Assembly (NCBI RefSeq): GCF_006345805.1
Contig: NC_043000.1
Span: 93,124,001 to 93,188,000 of the forward strand
Length of the DNA stretch: 64,000 nucleotides
Reading direction: 5' to 3'
From: Octopus sinensis
Lineage: Eukaryota
The notes beneath the pieces were generated by a model that did not search any database, was not told where the DNA came from, and worked only from the letters and a program-made list of their open reading frames with translations. Position numbers and translations under genes: made by a program. Of this stretch, positions 61,490-64,000 are shown in pieces; position 1 is the stretch's first letter; each line of letters starts with the position of its first letter.

Positions 61490-62258
61490 AACCTCATGGA
61501 GGCAGTGGCAAATGACTGAGACATTTGGCAATATACTGTGCTTGAGAAAACCTGTTAGGCCAAGTGAGATTGTAGTCATGGCTGATGCCAGTGTTTCATG
61601 TCAGTGGCATGTAAAAAGCATCCACGATACATTTGGAGTGGTTGGCATTAGTAAGGGCATCTAGCTGTAGAAACCATGCCAAATCAGATTGGTACCTGGT
61701 GCAGCTCCCCAGTTAACCAGTTTTCAGTCAAACTGCCCAATCCATGCCAACATGGAAAACAGACATTAAATGATGATGATATAAAGAGATGCATACATAC
61801 AGAGACAGATACAAGCACAAACATATATATTCTTACAAATATACATGCATTCAATGACATGTTCTTTTCCTATTCTTTACTCTTTTACTTGTTTCAGTCA
61901 TTTGACTGTGGCCATGCTGTAGCACCACCTTTAGTCAAGCAAATCGCCCCCAGGGCTTATTCTTTGTAAGCCTAGTACTTATCCTATCAGTCTCTTTTGC
62001 TGAACCATTAAGTTATGGGGACATAGACACACCATCATCGGTTGTCAAGCGATGTTGGGGGGGGGACATACACACACACACACATATCTATACATATACG
62101 ATGAGCTTCTTTCAGTTTCCGGCTACCAAATCCACTCACAAGACTTTGGTCAGCCCAAGGCTATAGTAGAAGACACTTGCCCAAGGTGCCACACAGTGGG
62201 ACTGAACCTGGAACCATATGGCTGGTAAGCAAGCTACTTACCACATAGCCACTCCTGC
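61490..62258. mobile_element. SINE C (+, 61490-61780) and SINE B (-, 61876-62258)
   Basis: Family signatures. Confidence 0.85.
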
Positions 62259-63435
62259 GCTTATATATACTTGTATTTATACTTGAATGCTCAGTTGTCA
62301 TATTATTTCTATTGATGCTGCTGATCAGTTTTTAAATCATGCTAGTTCTGCCTTTTACTTCCAGGCTTAATAACATTAATAAGAATAACAGACCAATAGA
62401 ATTCTACCATTTTCATACTTTTGAGACAAATCTGTGACTTCTCCCTAAGACAAGATGATTATTGTTGTTACAGAGTTGCTGTCGGTCAGTGGTCTAACCC
62501 TGCCATGACCAACTGTTACCTTATATCTTTTCAGGGTCGATGAAATAACTACCAGAAGTATAGGATGTCAATTCTGTAGACTATGCCATTATATGACAAA
62601 TTTATGGATTTGTGCCAAAGATAAAAAATATATGCTGTTAATATTGTCGTAGTTATTGCTGACCTTGTTGTTGTTGTTGTTGGGATTGTTGTTCTTGTAG
62701 CTGCTGCTTTTCCTTTGGGAATCAATGTCTAATTAATAAGCTTTTTTGAAGTTTCTCGTGCATTTACTGAACAAAAAAGATTCCCCCGAGGCAGTCAAAT
62801 GTTTGGCAACTTGCATGGCAAAGTGCGCAGAGTGGCATGTTTTGTATTATGTGATGTGGGGGTGACCTGGCGCATCGGAGACACTGATGTACCTGTTTCA
62901 GATATTTTTGGGTGTGTTCACAGGAACATTCCCAGCATGCCGTTTTCGACTCAACATACATACATAATTCTGTTATCATCATTGCTGACTTACTTTACAT
63001 ACATTCTTACCTTTATATCCACTTAGTCTTCTCTTGAAACCTATTTATCCAATTTACCTAAATATATAATTCCCTTTACTCACCCTGCTCTTATCCACAA
63101 TCTTACCCACTCACCTGTGTCTGTAAACCTCTATTTTTATTTACTACTTACTAACAGCATCTAATCTAACTAAACTCTTACTCAATCTCCTGCTTCTCTA
63201 TCTAAACCATGTCCATAGCCTATTTATCTAAGTTATCTCAAGTAAGTTCCCTTTTATATTTTTTCAATCCCATATCCGTACTCTGTCAATGCTCCCTGTT
63301 TTTTATTTATTCTGTCTTATATTTTGTCATATATTCTAATTACCTTATGCAATCTACCTACACGTAGATACATGTCTGTCTCCTAACTTATGTCACATAC
63401 TCATTTATCTAACTTATTTTTACCCACAGCAGTGA

Positions 63436-63560
63436 AGACGCATGGCCCAGAGGTTAGGATGTGGCACTCAAGATCACAAAATCATGGTTTTGATTCCTGG
63501 ACCAGGTGATGCATTGTGTTCTTGAGCAAACCACTTCATTTCACTTTACCTTGCAATCAC
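63436..63560 (+). mobile_element. SINE family E, 5' part
   Basis: gacgcatggcccagaggttagg...ggttttgattcctggacc...ttcttgagcaaaccacttcatttcac. Confidence 0.75.
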
Positions 63561-64000
63561 AGAGCAGTCTTGATACAACAAAGAAACAAGAATTAAAAAA
63601 ATAAAACATTAGCAATTATATATTTGAAAAACATCAATAGAGAAAGACAGAGAAAGAGATTTCGACATGACCATAAATGAAGACAAGGTTGTACACAAGA
63701 ATGGTTGGTATGAAATACTTGAAAGTCCTCTGTGTGTCATGGCATTGGAAGCAGTTCTGACACATCCAAGAGACAGCAGAGAAGATAAGGTTTTTGAATT
63801 TTCAGTACATGGGTCATCCATCCAAGTTGATCCCCCACTGTTATAGTGTCTGATCTGTCATAGTGTCTCTGGTTAACACTCTTTATTCCACAAAACCTCA
63901 AATCACCTAGAAGTAAGCAACAGATTTTCAGAGAAACATTTCAGTTGTTCAGCTGTCAATATTTGACACTACTATTCTCCATTCCGTGTTTCAACTGACT

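Overview
AT-rich, repeat-saturated eukaryotic DNA. The SINE repertoire and the huge (TA)n, (TATG)n and (TAA)n microsatellites point to a coleoid cephalopod, most likely Octopus (inference). I cannot support any intact host protein-coding gene; the window reads as intronic or intergenic, and nearly all ORF-track entries are microsatellite artefacts. Recognisable content: (1) four tRNA-/RTE-related SINE families, labelled A, B, C and E here, in dozens of copies; (2) 5'-truncated restriction-endonuclease-like (RLE) non-LTR retrotransposons of R4/Dong type nested in (TAA)n arrays, plus one CRE-like 3' end; (3) RTE LINE fragments; (4) mariner and maT (DD37D) transposase relics and MITEs; (5) a non-autonomous Helitron and two DINE-1/HINE-like elements; (6) several Penelope-type minimal hammerhead ribozyme motifs on the minus strand. 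Top leads: a 363-nt, ORF-less, highly self-complementary unit with a 75-nt terminal redundancy and a complete hammerhead carrying a compensatory U3-A8 core (44268-44705, retrozyme/circRNA-like); and a clean pre-miRNA-like hairpin at 33407-33466. Repeat boundaries were read by eye and are approximate (about +/-10-20 nt) unless stated exactly.
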